The translations under genes were made by a program, and so were the position numbers. A stretch of DNA of 64,000 nt from a virus. Location: positions 4,256-68,255 of IMG/VR virus record IMGVR_UViG_3300046352_000068; one strand, 5' to 3'. This document shows positions 38,492 to 49,516 of the stretch, piece by piece. Under the pieces are notes generated by a model. That model was not told where the DNA came from. It searched no databases and saw nothing but the letters and a program-made list of their open reading frames with translations. Position 1 is the first letter of the stretch. The number at the start of each line of letters is the position of its first letter.

Positions 38492-39388
38492 TTACTTAAT
38501 CCACTTAGATTGGCCTCTCATGTTCATTAACAAGCGACCTGGGTGTAAATTACTTAATCTAATCTTTGCGTTTCTCCAATTGGAAACTTTCTCTTTGCGA
38601 GCTCTATTGATAATGTACTCAGGCTGGTTTGCTTTATTGTTCAATATCGCCCATTTGATGTACGAGTAAATGTACTCCTCTGCTAACTTGTTAACAATAA
38701 TCAAGTTGTCATCACCTGGATACATGCCATCAGAGATGTATTCAACCAACACAGATTGTCTTGCAACACCTGAACTAAAGTTAATTACACCTGATACCTT
38801 ATCAATTCTGAATGAGGGGTTGACGTTTGCCACCTCTGTGTTCATTCCGTAAGCCGCACCGAAGCCCTGAGTGAAGTACCATAGACCATCTACGTACCAA
38901 CCCCACTGATTATTGAATGGACATAACATATAGTTCTCGCCATCAATACGCGACAGGTCTAATTTAGAGGTTCCTTGTAACGCATTACCTTGGTCATCAA
39001 ATAAGATTTGATAATCATTATCTTGTAAAAACTCAATAGCAGAATTTGCTTGAGTATTCTCATGCATCGGATACAAATTACCACCCCAAAACAAAGAGAT
39101 TCTAACATAGTTCACATAATCAGGAGGAAGCACAAACTTCAAATCATCACCCACATCTAACTGAAGCGTGTTGACTTGGCGATTACCATCGTAGTTCAGT
39201 TCTTGAATCGCCCTTTTTGCGTGAAATAAAACCTTATATCTGCTGATGTTATTAAGCAACTCGCCATCATCTGTATACATAAGGATGAAGTTATTCACTA
39301 CATCACCTAACGTAACGTTCTGATACGAGCCCCAGTTGGCATCGGTAGGGTTTACCCCATCATTGGTGTAATATTTTTCCTGATTCAT
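38492..39388 (-). CDS. Tail ring/adaptor structural protein
   Basis: FHAKRAIQELNYD, LPPDYVNYVRIS, EYISDG; position. Confidence 0.7.
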   Translation of the reverse strand: MNQEKYYTNDGVNPTDANWGSYQNVTLGDVVNNFILMYTDDGELLNNISRYKVLFHAKRAIQELNYDGNRQVNTLQLDVGDDLKFVLPPDYVNYVRISLFWGGNLYPMHENTQANSAIEFLQDNDYQILFDDQGNALQGTSKLDLSRIDGENYMLCPFNNQWGWYVDGLWYFTQGFGAAYGMNTEVANVNPSFRIDKVSGVINFSSGVARQSVLVEYISDGMYPGDDNLIIVNKLAEEYIYSYIKWAILNNKANQPEYIINRARKEKVSNWRNAKIRLSNLHPGRLLMNMRGQSKWIK

Positions 39389-40080
39389 TATTGTTGTTTT
39401 TGATCAGTGTAAGCCTCTTCTGCTCTAGCGGCTGTAACCACATCCATCTCTCTAATACTAACGCCAGCATATTCACAAATTTTAACGACTAACTTAGGGA
39501 AGTCGGATATAGCCAACTCAAAATCTTGGTAGTCATTTGCCGATTGATTGAACAAAGGACTTCCGTTCACCACCGTATAAGTCCACTTCGGATCAGCTGG
39601 GTAACGAACGTAATAGATATTAATGTTATCTGTAATGGTAGCAGGATACACAGCTACCTGAGTCCCTTGCATCACATACGTAGGATACGTTTCTGTGGGT
39701 GCTGTCAGATTGGAATTAAGCAAATAATGTAATTTACCTTGGTCCACATGAGTAACTTCTTTACCATTATAATAGAGTACGTTTAATAAGAAAAAGTTTT
39801 CGGGTAAGTCAAACTTGAAGTTAACTCCGTTGTATACCAAGTCGGTATTCTTGGAGAATGCGTCGATTGTTTGATCTAGCTGCTTTGTAATATCAGAATA
39901 TCCGCTAGTCTCCATACCCTTAAGGTCTGAAATCTTAGCTTTCTGGAAGTCGTAAAAATATTGTTGAAACAACTCAAGCTGAGCTTGCTTAGCAAAGCTA
40001 TTGAACTCTTCTGGCGTAATGAAGCCGTTTCGCTCTTTAGCGACAATGTTGAGAACAGTGTTGTATACCGAATTTACCAT
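39388..40080 (-). CDS. Tail ring/head-tail connector protein
   Basis: VYNTVL...KE..GFITP.EFN..A.QAQ; Y.RYP.DPKW. Confidence 0.7.
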   Translation of the reverse strand: MVNSVYNTVLNIVAKERNGFITPEEFNSFAKQAQLELFQQYFYDFQKAKISDLKGMETSGYSDITKQLDQTIDAFSKNTDLVYNGVNFKFDLPENFFLLNVLYYNGKEVTHVDQGKLHYLLNSNLTAPTETYPTYVMQGTQVAVYPATITDNINIYYVRYPADPKWTYTVVNGSPLFNQSANDYQDFELAISDFPKLVVKICEYAGVSIREMDVVTAARAEEAYTDQKQQ

Positions 40081-40580
40081 TATAAATACTTATTTTGTAT
40101 TTCTTTATGATACAAAAATAAGCATAATTTTTCGTATGCTATTTGTTCATCATTAAAGATGCCTATATACACTTGCTTGCCATCTATATATATTTGCGCC
40201 CTCCATTTATTCCTATCCTTATCCCATGTTATATTGGGATATTTACTAGATTTTTTCTTCATAGAACTCCTGTGCACACAGTTCTCTCTAGTAGAAACCC
40301 ACTCTAGGTTATTTATGTAATTATTTAATTTGTTACCATCTATATGGTTTACGCACATAGAATCATATTTTCCCAAAAAACTTTCAGCAACTATTCTATG
40401 CACTTTTTTGCAAGTTTTTTTATAGTTTACAGTAAATGCGGCAGACAAATAACCATCTTTTGTTATAAATGATTTAAGAGTTTTTCTTCCACTCTTTAGT
40501 ATCCTTCTTAATTTGCCATAATTACTCACTTCGTAGAATGATTCAAATCCAAGAATTGGCACCCATATTTCATTTTCCAT
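40080..40580 (-). mobile_element. NUMOD4-HNH-AP2-like homing endonuclease
   Basis: EIWVPILGFESFYEVSNYG, HRIVA, VNHIDGNKLNN...NLEW. Confidence 0.9.
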
Positions 40581-40690
40581 ATAAAAAAATAAATCCTACA
40601 AAATCCACTGCATCTCACCTCAGCTTCATTTATAGGACTATTTATGTTTTCAGTTACGTAATGTGAGATGGTAACTACAATGCAAAGATA
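40581..40690 (-). promoter_or_regulatory. Kissing-loop leader B
   Basis: TATCTTTG box (40683-40690); loop CATCTCAC complementary to loop GTGAGATG on the transcript. Confidence 0.75.
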
Positions 40691-40695
40691 ATAAA

Positions 40696-41439
40696 CTATC
40701 TATATTTTTTAGATAATAATTCATAAATTTCTAAGCCGTCATTACTTTGTAGCCACGAGGCCAACAACTTAACCGGATCTTCGCCAAACGGCACACCCAT
40801 TAGCTTCTTCTTGTTATCAGACAAGTTGTAGAAGATATCACGGTTCTTGTTCTTTAAAACAAATGTACCATCCTGGATAGACTTCACCGCAATGTTCTGT
40901 AACTTAAGTTCAGGGTCGTTCAACATACCAAGGAACTGAGCCGGATGCGTTCTTGCGTAAACAAGTAAATCACGTCTAAGTTCTTCGCTAGATAACTTGT
41001 CTACACGTGTGCCTAATAGTACACGAGCAACAGCCTCTGCTGTATTGATATCTAAATCACGAGCCGCTAATTGAGCATCCAATTGTAAGTTAATACTATC
41101 GAACTGAGCAGCAGCATCTTTCTGTGTATCCATCTCCTCGAATAACACGCCATTGTCCGGGTGTAAAGCCAAGAATTGCTGTAACACTTGATTGGTCTTA
41201 TTAACACTTAACAAGCCGTCCTCGAAAATAACTGGAGCTAAAACAAAGTTTCCGTCTTGCTCATCCTCAAATGGAGACTTCTGATTTGTTGCATAACGTA
41301 AAGCACGGTTTACACCGGTCTTTTCATCGAAGTAAAACAATGGTCTACTAGAAGTACTTCTTGCAGACAACATAAACGAGATAGGGAACGTTTTTCTTTT
41401 TAGGACATAGACTCTGTCCTTGAATTCTTTATTTGACAT
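40696..41439 (-). CDS. Conserved structural-module protein downstream of the capsid gene
   Basis: KDRVYVL...RALRYATNQKSPFEDEQ...IFEDG.L; position. Confidence 0.6.
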   Translation of the reverse strand: MSNKEFKDRVYVLKRKTFPISFMLSARSTSSRPLFYFDEKTGVNRALRYATNQKSPFEDEQDGNFVLAPVIFEDGLLSVNKTNQVLQQFLALHPDNGVLFEEMDTQKDAAAQFDSINLQLDAQLAARDLDINTAEAVARVLLGTRVDKLSSEELRRDLLVYARTHPAQFLGMLNDPELKLQNIAVKSIQDGTFVLKNKNRDIFYNLSDNKKKLMGVPFGEDPVKLLASWLQSNDGLEIYELLSKKYR

Positions 41440-41474
41440 TATATTAGATTTTAAATTTTAAACAAATTAAATAA

Positions 41475-41494
41475 GGGGAGACCGAAGCCTCCCC
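41475..41494 (-). terminator. Intrinsic terminator after the major capsid gene
   Basis: GGGGAGGC-TTCG-GTCTCCCC then TTATTT on the - strand. Confidence 0.85.
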
Positions 41495-41503
41495 CTAGTT
41501 TTA

Positions 41504-42919
41504 CTAGTTCTCGAACAAGAAGAAGTTGTTCGCACCAAGTGTACATAATGCACGCTCAGATAAGAAGTTAACTTCCATTGCATCTAAAGAACTTGTTTGA
41601 GCACCACCAGCAGAACCAGTGATCCAAGTCTTGTAACGACGATCTTCAGTCTCAGAAGCACGGTAACGAACGTGTAAGAACGGACGCTTAGCATTCTTTC
41701 CTAAGATTTGGTCATATACGTTAGTTGAACCTGCAGGTACCAAGATACCATTGATTCCACCACCTACGATTCCACCACGAGTAGTAGCATCGTTTAAGTA
41801 TTTCCAGTCAGTCTTGTAGAAATCGTATCCACGCTTAAAGCCTGTGAAACCTAAGTTTAACGCCATGTCCTTATCGTTGTCGAATAAACCATAAGAAGTA
41901 CCACCTGCTCCGTAAGAGTTTTGTGATGCTAACATATCGTCGATATCGAAACCAAACTTACGGTTTAAGAAGATAACGTTCTCTTGGATTGCTCCTTGCT
42001 TGTCAAGACGTTGGATGATTGAATCGAAGTCAGACAAAGTAGTTGGATTACCACCAGCCCATACGTTACCACGCTCAGCTACAGCATCAAATAAACCTTG
42101 AGTACCAGCAGCACCAGGTTGTACTTGAGAAGAAGCAACTGTCAAGTAAGTAGCAGCAGCAGAACCAGCTTCAGCAGGAACACCTTCAACCATTGACATC
42201 TCTAAGTAATCTTCGAAACGTAAACGAGTCTCGTGCTCAGACTTGATGTACCATAAGTAACCAGTAGCACCATTCTCAGAAGTCACTTCAACCCATCCGA
42301 TTTGAGCCATGTCAGAACCAGAAACAGCATACTTATCTTTGATGATAATTGGCTTGTTTTCGAAGAAGATATCTTGAGACTCTAAAGAACCGTCCATTCC
42401 TAATGAACCTTTAGTGAATTCAGAACCGTAAACGAATGCAGTAGAAGCAGTATCTACAGCGATTGATTGTCCTGAAGCAGCATAGTAAGCTACTGTGAAA
42501 GTGTTAGCAGTTGTATCTACTGCAGTGATAACCGCTTTATCAGAAGCAGAACCAGCGTTTGCAGATAAGAATACAGTTTGGTTAACACGGAAGTTAACAG
42601 TTACATCTGCATCTTCAACAGTCCACACAGCTGTATCTTGTCCTGCAGCAGCAGCTGAAGTACAGTTTACATACTTAGTGTGTAAACGACCTTGCTCTGC
42701 CCATTTGATTAAGTCAGAGTTAGAAGGTAATTCTGCACCTACCATACGTAAGAAAGATGCAATAGAACGATTACCATAACGCTCGAATTCTGCCTCGTAA
42801 GTATCAGGAAGATACTGGTTTAAGAAATCGAAGTTAGTAATGTAGTTTGTAGGCAATGTTGCCTTTACCGCTGAGGGCTCTAATTGAAAGCCCGGGGTAG
42901 CTTGAACTGATCCAGCCAT
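41504..42919 (-). CDS. Major capsid protein
   Basis: 471 aa after scaffold and portal, followed by a strong terminator; W.EQGRLH, GYLWY.K.E.ETR.RF. Confidence 0.85.
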   Translation of the reverse strand: MAGSVQATPGFQLEPSAVKATLPTNYITNFDFLNQYLPDTYEAEFERYGNRSIASFLRMVGAELPSNSDLIKWAEQGRLHTKYVNCTSAAAAGQDTAVWTVEDADVTVNFRVNQTVFLSANAGSASDKAVITAVDTTANTFTVAYYAASGQSIAVDTASTAFVYGSEFTKGSLGMDGSLESQDIFFENKPIIIKDKYAVSGSDMAQIGWVEVTSENGATGYLWYIKSEHETRLRFEDYLEMSMVEGVPAEAGSAAATYLTVASSQVQPGAAGTQGLFDAVAERGNVWAGGNPTTLSDFDSIIQRLDKQGAIQENVIFLNRKFGFDIDDMLASQNSYGAGGTSYGLFDNDKDMALNLGFTGFKRGYDFYKTDWKYLNDATTRGGIVGGGINGILVPAGSTNVYDQILGKNAKRPFLHVRYRASETEDRRYKTWITGSAGGAQTSSLDAMEVNFLSERALCTLGANNFFLFEN

Positions 42920-42937
42920 TTTTTTTGTTTTTTGGTT

Positions 42938-44023
42938 TTAGTTTTTTAAAGATTTAATCTTAAGTCTGTTACCATGGTCACTATCCAATGCTGTTACTTT
43001 AAACCCACCTTTGTCGATATTTTGTGGAGCATTTCTAACGCTCATATCGATGTTCTTGCTTTGACGAACTGAGTCATCAATTGCATCTGCTTTGCCCATA
43101 TCATAAAAGAATTTGGCCATTGCATCAGGGTTCATTGCCGCAGCAATTGTTTTGTGATACTGTTTAGCATCCTTAATGTATCCATTTTCATCAACGAAAT
43201 TAGTGAAGAATTTGGAAATGTCTGTTTGTTGAGCTTTCAGCTGCTCTGGAGTTCCAGGTTTATAAGATACTTCCTTATCTCCAACTTTGAAATCAAAACC
43301 TTTGAATTCATCAGAGAATAATTCACTTGTCTTATTCATAAAGTACTCCGACTTTTTAGCCTGGTCTTGCTGCATAGCAGTAGACTGACTGATATATTGC
43401 TTGTAAGATTCCAAAGCCTCTCTGTCCTCAGCAGGAATAGTAGCTTCCATCCTCGACTCAAGGGGAGCTTTATATTTTTCCTTTTGTTCTTCAAAGTACT
43501 TTGACGCCTTGCCAAGTTCTTTTTTAAGTGCTAACTTCTTGCGTTTGATTTCTTTCTCATCATCCATCTCCTCATCGTATGCAAACTTTGATTCGTATTC
43601 GAATGCGATATCCTCATCATCAAAATCAGGATTAGTCTCACGCATGTAGTCAGCTAGAAGTCTTTCTGGGTTAACCTTAGAAAAATCTTGGTTAACACGA
43701 TAGAAATCTTCTAAACCACGACCTGTGTCTTTCTTGAATTTTAAGAAAGCATTTACGTCTTCAGGAAGTAATTCCTGTTGTGGTTTCTCTACAAATAGTT
43801 CATCCAAAGAGTTTACCTCTCTGTTGAACTTTGTTTTTAAATATGAAAGAACGTCGTTATCACCAAATTGTGGTGATTCAATAACTGGCTCTTCTGTAGG
43901 TGTTTCTATAACAGTTTCTACAGGTTCTGCCATTTTTTGTTCGTGCTCCTCAAGCAACTTTTGCTCGATTTCTTGCACAGACTTTTCTTCAAAGTCTACA
44001 AGTTTTACTTGAATATTATCCAT
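42938..44023 (-). CDS. Capsid scaffolding-like protein
   Basis: Acidic coiled-coil between portal and capsid genes. Confidence 0.7.
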   Translation of the reverse strand: MDNIQVKLVDFEEKSVQEIEQKLLEEHEQKMAEPVETVIETPTEEPVIESPQFGDNDVLSYLKTKFNREVNSLDELFVEKPQQELLPEDVNAFLKFKKDTGRGLEDFYRVNQDFSKVNPERLLADYMRETNPDFDDEDIAFEYESKFAYDEEMDDEKEIKRKKLALKKELGKASKYFEEQKEKYKAPLESRMEATIPAEDREALESYKQYISQSTAMQQDQAKKSEYFMNKTSELFSDEFKGFDFKVGDKEVSYKPGTPEQLKAQQTDISKFFTNFVDENGYIKDAKQYHKTIAAAMNPDAMAKFFYDMGKADAIDDSVRQSKNIDMSVRNAPQNIDKGGFKVTALDSDHGNRLKIKSLKN

Positions 44024-44060
44024 TTAATTTAATTTAGTTGCACAAAAGTAATAATAAAAT

Positions 44061-46493
44061 TTATCTTGGGTTGAATTGCTCTAAGCTAAAGCCATCCAAT
44101 GAATCTTCTTCGCTCTCGAAGTCCATTGCTGGAAGGTCTTTTTGACGCTGTTCAATTAACTTAGATTGTTGAGTAGCTTGAAGTTTTGTGCGATCGTCTT
44201 TAGCTTTCTCTTTATCCATATCTAGCTGCTTAATCTTCTCTACTTCCATGCCTCTTAGTTGCATGTTATAGTTAAATTCAACAGCCATAAGTTGTTCTTT
44301 AATCTGTGCTTCTGCTTGCATGCGTTGAATATCAAACTGCATTTGTGCTTGAGCAAGTTGTGCTTTAGCTTGAGATTCTGCTTGTACTTTTTGTAGTGCA
44401 GATTGAGCTGCTGCTTGAGAAGATTGGATATTACCTTGAGTCTGCATTTGAATCTTAGCTTGCTCATTCTCCATATCTTTCTTACCCTTGTCCTTACGCT
44501 TCATCTTAAGTAACTCGTTAGCTAACTTAAGATTCTTCATTTGACGAATATCAATAGCATCCTCAAGAGTGATTTGGTCACGCTGTAATGCCATCTGAAT
44601 GTTAGCCTCTAATTGAGCCTTCTCTTCCTCGTCAGGAGCAACCTCGATGAAAATACCAAAGTCGTGTAAGTACAAGTCTTTGATTTCTTCTAAAAGACCA
44701 ACAGCATATTTACCAATTTGCATCACGAACTCTTCTTTAAAGTCAGAGTATTCTAAGATGTCAGCAACACGAAGCGATAACGCTTCAGATAATCTGCGAG
44801 TAATAAATAAACTTCCTTCTAAGATGTGGCGAGTTGCTGTGTTTGAATTTAATGCAGCAAGTTTCTGTACACCAACTAATGCATCAGGATTAGGAGTAGA
44901 AGCATCACGAGCTTCATTTAATCCTGTTACATCACGTATCATGCTCATGTACTGATTGTATGCATTAATCAATGCAGTAATCTTACCTTGGCCACTATTA
45001 GTGTTTAACTCTTGGATTGGAATACGACCATGGTTTAAGTCACCATCAGTAGTCATACTACGTCCAATAACACTACCTGTTTGGAAATACAAACGAAGAG
45101 CATCTTCTGGATTGTAAGCACCACCGGTTCCTAAGTCAACCTCATTGATACCATCAGCATCGATGAACACACCATCCGGCACAACACGTTGTAGAACTTG
45201 TTGTAACTTAAGGTGAGTCATTTGAATCAAGTCAGCAAAAGGAATCATACGACGAGTCAATGACTCAATGATACCTTTGTACATTCTTGGTGCTACAGCG
45301 ATGTAGTTTGGTAACGCATACTGAGAAGCAGACTTAGGGCGAACCATATTGCGAGCAAGCTCCCACTTAAGTAAATAAGGAGATCCAGGTACCATAATAC
45401 CTTCGTACCAAACATCAATTCTCTTCTCAATTCTCTCAAATCTTTCTTCAGTTCCTTCAGGAGGGTTGAAATTTTCATCTTTTTGAATTACACGAACGCC
45501 ATTGTTCTCAAGATATTTCTTCTTGTAAACAAACGTCTTGTCAGTTTTATAATTAAAATATAATAACGTAACTACATCTCTGTTGAATATATCGCTACGG
45601 TAAGGACGCATAATTCCATAATAATTGTACCACGCTGTTCCTAATTGTTGAATCTCTGCCAACTCCTCTTTTGTAATGTCTGGCTTAATCTTAATTAGTT
45701 CAGTGATTGGTACTTGCTTTACTTCTCCCCAATAGAAACAATCGTCAAATGTTGGAGACTCAGTGTAACTATAAACAATGTTAGCGGGGTCAACATACTC
45801 CACACGAACTCCTGTTCCTGGTACAAATGAGTGCTTTACTACTCCGATACCAATTGTTGTGATGTCGTAGTCGACCCTTTTACGAACGTCTTGATAATGG
45901 TTTAAATCTAAGATAGTATTGATTGCCTCCTCTTCAGCAATCTCAATTGCAGGCTTATAATTAAGCTGCATATATAACGATAACTCTTGGTCATTCTCAG
46001 GTAAATCATCCTCAGGAACATTGAATGCATCAATCCCAAACTCTTGCTTAGTTTGAACTAATAGGTCTTTGGCAATCATATCTGCCTCAACCATCTCTTG
46101 AAACTTAGAGCGTTTGTTAGATGACATTGCATCTTGTGCATATGCTTTAACCTCAAATAATCGGTCATGCATACCGTTAACAACGATGTCAACAAACTTA
46201 GGGATGATTGGTACAGGAGTCCAGTCTAGGTTAATGTGCGACATATCGCCATCAACTTCTAATTGGCTTTTATATTTAGCTACTGGCTGCTCACCACGAG
46301 CATAAAGTCTAACTCTATGGAAATCAATCCATTGTGAATAGTATCGGCAGCTATTGCCTGTCTTTGCAAACCATTCATATGAAATGCTTTGCCCAATTCT
46401 TAAGCCATATTCCCAGGATGCCTTTTCCTGATCAGTCGCTAACTGCGAAGGGAATTGGGTATCTGGCATTAATATTCCAAGAGGTTTGTTCAT
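44061..46493 (-). CDS. Portal protein
   Basis: 810 aa after terL; LDWTPVPIIPKFVDIVVNG; Gln-rich C-terminal barrel. Confidence 0.85.
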   Translation of the reverse strand: MNKPLGILMPDTQFPSQLATDQEKASWEYGLRIGQSISYEWFAKTGNSCRYYSQWIDFHRVRLYARGEQPVAKYKSQLEVDGDMSHINLDWTPVPIIPKFVDIVVNGMHDRLFEVKAYAQDAMSSNKRSKFQEMVEADMIAKDLLVQTKQEFGIDAFNVPEDDLPENDQELSLYMQLNYKPAIEIAEEEAINTILDLNHYQDVRKRVDYDITTIGIGVVKHSFVPGTGVRVEYVDPANIVYSYTESPTFDDCFYWGEVKQVPITELIKIKPDITKEELAEIQQLGTAWYNYYGIMRPYRSDIFNRDVVTLLYFNYKTDKTFVYKKKYLENNGVRVIQKDENFNPPEGTEERFERIEKRIDVWYEGIMVPGSPYLLKWELARNMVRPKSASQYALPNYIAVAPRMYKGIIESLTRRMIPFADLIQMTHLKLQQVLQRVVPDGVFIDADGINEVDLGTGGAYNPEDALRLYFQTGSVIGRSMTTDGDLNHGRIPIQELNTNSGQGKITALINAYNQYMSMIRDVTGLNEARDASTPNPDALVGVQKLAALNSNTATRHILEGSLFITRRLSEALSLRVADILEYSDFKEEFVMQIGKYAVGLLEEIKDLYLHDFGIFIEVAPDEEEKAQLEANIQMALQRDQITLEDAIDIRQMKNLKLANELLKMKRKDKGKKDMENEQAKIQMQTQGNIQSSQAAAQSALQKVQAESQAKAQLAQAQMQFDIQRMQAEAQIKEQLMAVEFNYNMQLRGMEVEKIKQLDMDKEKAKDDRTKLQATQQSKLIEQRQKDLPAMDFESEEDSLDGFSLEQFNPR

Positions 46494-48706
46494 ATCTTGT
46501 TAATTCTACTGAAGGAACCAGTGTTATCGTAAGTTGCAAATTTAATGCTTATTTTTGACTCTTTTTTCTCAGGCAAATATACGTGCTTTTGATTTGCCAT
46601 AATAGCATACCCCGAACTAATTGACGCATCAAATTTAGTTCTATCGTTTACATCGAATCTAGCCCAGTCTTGAAGCGTTTTATTGAACGGCATATCTCCT
46701 ATCTCATCAGGCTGACGATAGTTACCCTCCATGTCTAATCCCACAAAACGCTCGATGTATGTCTCGATTGCTGTGGCGTGTGCCTGCTTAATATCTTCAC
46801 TTGAAGATGGTATACCACCAATCTCTCTTTCTGTGAACGACAATTTATGTGCATGCTTATCAGGACGGTTCATTGAGAAGCCACGATAGCCTCTATTCTT
46901 AAAGTGATACAGTAGACGAGCTTTATTGTTCTCACAAAGAATAGGCATGCCATAGAACACGCAAGCCATCAGTACTTCTTCAAAGAATATTTCTGCTGTC
47001 TGTGGACGAGCAATGTACTCTAGAAAGAATTGGTTGGATGGTGCACCTGTCATATTAAACTTGGTTAACCCGTGGAGCGAACCGTTTGATCCACCAAAGG
47101 TCGCACCTGAGATGTCGTAGGGGTCACAGCCAAACGCACCAATATGCTCATTACCCGGATATCTATTCCCATTTTTAGTAATATAATTATTGTTGATTCC
47201 TGGTCCCGGTATCCAAGATACTAAGAACCGACCATTCTTATCAGGAGTCCAAACAACTTTGGTATCCTTCTCTCCGTTAGCCCAATGAAAGTATCCACGT
47301 GTTACGACGTGGTCTTGTACTAAACTGTCATTGTAGTCTATCTGCTGATAGATTTTAGTCAAGTTAAATAGAGATGACTTAGTCTCATCACGGAAAGCGT
47401 GTGACTCTGTTCTAGGGAACTGACGATAATGCTCATTTAAAGCATCTGGGTCACTCTTAAGTGAGTCGACTTCATTTTGCCAGTTGGTTATAACACCGTT
47501 TGTTATCCATTCGCCTTCTTGTGCTGAAGCAATTGGTTCCGAAGGGTCTTCTAATACTGCGTGACCAAACTCGTCAATATATCCTTCATAGTTTTGGTCC
47601 ATCGGAATAAATAATGAATATAGACCCGACTTAGTTTGACCATTCGCATTTCTTTTTCGCACATCTGAGTCATAATATATCTTTTTATAGTTTTCTCCAC
47701 CTTTATCTAATGCGTTAGATGTTGAGCCCATCATACACTTGCCGATAATCCTAGAACCCAAACGAAGACAAGTCTTTCTTACACGCCACCCATTTAAAAT
47801 ACTTAATGGTTTTTCTAACTTAGCAGCCTCATCTTCAACAAGTAATTTAAGTTTCTGGCCGTCAAATGAGTTGTCAGCTGTATTTTTCCAAGTAATAGTC
47901 GTATCTAATCCATCAATCTCTTCTTCCTCTTCCTTATCCATGTTCTTTCTAGTAATCTTAGAAGAAGGAACCCTAAAGGCAAGTTCTGTTACTGGGGATG
48001 AGTTACCATCACGAGTAGGCATAAAAAAGAATGGGTAGTTATTAATTATGGGAACAACCTTACCCGTAAACATCATTTTAGCATCCGTACCTGTCTTAGA
48101 CATAATACCTAGACTTGAATCGCGAGTTGACGTTGCAATATTAATAACTTCTGACGAAGCCATAAAGGAGAATCCTGAACGACGATTCTTTAGGTAACAC
48201 ATGCCAAAACAACGATTGTCTGCTTTACACGCTTCCCAAAATAAAAAGAATATTCTATTAGCCTCTCGAAAGTCAGGATGCCCTACGTCTGTCTTTGTAA
48301 ATTGAAGATACATGTAGTGAGACCCTGTTATATATGTAGGTACTTTGTTATTAATAAACCAATAACCTAAATCTCTCCTCCTAAACTGCTCCTCAATATA
48401 ATCAATCCATTGTGATTTAAAAGCAGTATCCCGACGAGCCCAATCAAACTGAGTCTTAATTCTTGATAGTTCACGTGGGTATTCTTCAACTATCCACTTA
48501 TTGTGTTTATAATTAATTTTATCAGGAGTAGAAGGAAGAGCGACTCTTAGATTTTGTATGTCGTAAATATTCCCAATAGTCCCATCTTTAGAAACAATAA
48601 CTATATCATATTCTTGGTCATAGCCATATAACCAATCCTTTTTTGCATTACGCTTCTTAAGGATTTTTTCGGGGATAATATTGTCAACTATATGGTATAA
48701 ACTCAT
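46490..48706 (-). CDS. terL: Terminase large subunit
   Basis: KNRRSGFS Walker A, EDEAAK Walker B, GSTSN, nuclease GCDPYD, ENNK, FDASIS. Confidence 0.9.
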   Translation of the reverse strand: MSLYHIVDNIIPEKILKKRNAKKDWLYGYDQEYDIVIVSKDGTIGNIYDIQNLRVALPSTPDKINYKHNKWIVEEYPRELSRIKTQFDWARRDTAFKSQWIDYIEEQFRRRDLGYWFINNKVPTYITGSHYMYLQFTKTDVGHPDFREANRIFFLFWEACKADNRCFGMCYLKNRRSGFSFMASSEVINIATSTRDSSLGIMSKTGTDAKMMFTGKVVPIINNYPFFFMPTRDGNSSPVTELAFRVPSSKITRKNMDKEEEEEIDGLDTTITWKNTADNSFDGQKLKLLVEDEAAKLEKPLSILNGWRVRKTCLRLGSRIIGKCMMGSTSNALDKGGENYKKIYYDSDVRKRNANGQTKSGLYSLFIPMDQNYEGYIDEFGHAVLEDPSEPIASAQEGEWITNGVITNWQNEVDSLKSDPDALNEHYRQFPRTESHAFRDETKSSLFNLTKIYQQIDYNDSLVQDHVVTRGYFHWANGEKDTKVVWTPDKNGRFLVSWIPGPGINNNYITKNGNRYPGNEHIGAFGCDPYDISGATFGGSNGSLHGLTKFNMTGAPSNQFFLEYIARPQTAEIFFEEVLMACVFYGMPILCENNKARLLYHFKNRGYRGFSMNRPDKHAHKLSFTEREIGGIPSSSEDIKQAHATAIETYIERFVGLDMEGNYRQPDEIGDMPFNKTLQDWARFDVNDRTKFDASISSGYAIMANQKHVYLPEKKESKISIKFATYDNTGSFSRINKI

Positions 48707-49230
48707 ATATACTTGTTAATTATATTATGTCCCTTGAAATAATTGCATCTTTTTTTATACGCCTCGTCTTCAGAATTGAATGTGCCTAAATAGATTGTTT
48801 TGTTATTAATCTTTATTCTTGACATCCATTTTTTAGACAACTTATGCCAATAAACACCAACATACTTGCTTGTGCTTTTTGTATTAGAAGCTCTGTGGCA
48901 GTTATTCTCAGCACGAGATACCCATTCTAAATTGGAGATGTGATTGTTATAGATATCCCCATCTATATGATTTACTTCTTCTTTAACATCATTACCAATA
49001 AAAGACATTGCACATAATCTGTGTATTTGAAATTGTCTAGTTTTACCATTTTTAGACAAACCTACTTGTAAATATCCAGATGTATTCTTATTAGGAGATA
49101 ATATTTTTTCTTTCAAATTTAACTTATCATTACCTCTAATAACAATTCTTGCCAAACTTTTAATTTTAGAGTAATTGCTTACTTCATAAAATCCCTCGTA
49201 TCCTATAACCGGTTTCCAAATCTCTTCCAT
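48703..49230 (-). mobile_element. NUMOD4-HNH-AP2-like homing endonuclease directly upstream of terL
   Basis: EEIWKPVIGYEGFYEVSN, HRL...VNHIDG...NN...NLEW, SKYVGVYW. Confidence 0.9.
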
Positions 49231-49231
49231 A

Positions 49232-49516
49232 CTATTTTTTCTTAGTTGCAAACTTTTCAGCAAATCCTTTATTAACAGTATTCTTTTCCACAACAACGCC
49301 CTCTAGTATATTTTGCTCGTCTTCAATACGTTTTAATATTTCAAAAGCATCTGTTATAGCCAATCGTTTACTTGCGGCTGCGTTTTTTAGCTTATCTGCA
49401 GTTAAATCATCCTCCATGTGAGTAATGATTTTCTCCTCAGCAACTTTAATTAGTTCCTCTACAGCCTTGTATCCGGACTCGATAATCTTCCTTTTAAGTT
49501 CTGTTACTCTATTCAT
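49232..49516 (-). CDS. Possible terminase small subunit
   Basis: 94-aa helical protein upstream of terL; position only. Confidence 0.45.
   Translation of the reverse strand: MNRVTELKRKIIESGYKAVEELIKVAEEKIITHMEDDLTADKLKNAAASKRLAITDAFEILKRIEDEQNILEGVVVEKNTVNKGFAEKFATKKK

Noticed and set aside
46490-49230. Group I intron or intein in terL (also considered for nrdA, nrdB and helicase)
   Set aside because: These ORFs are continuous and of normal length; the HNH genes lie between ORFs and no intron core or intein motifs were recognised.
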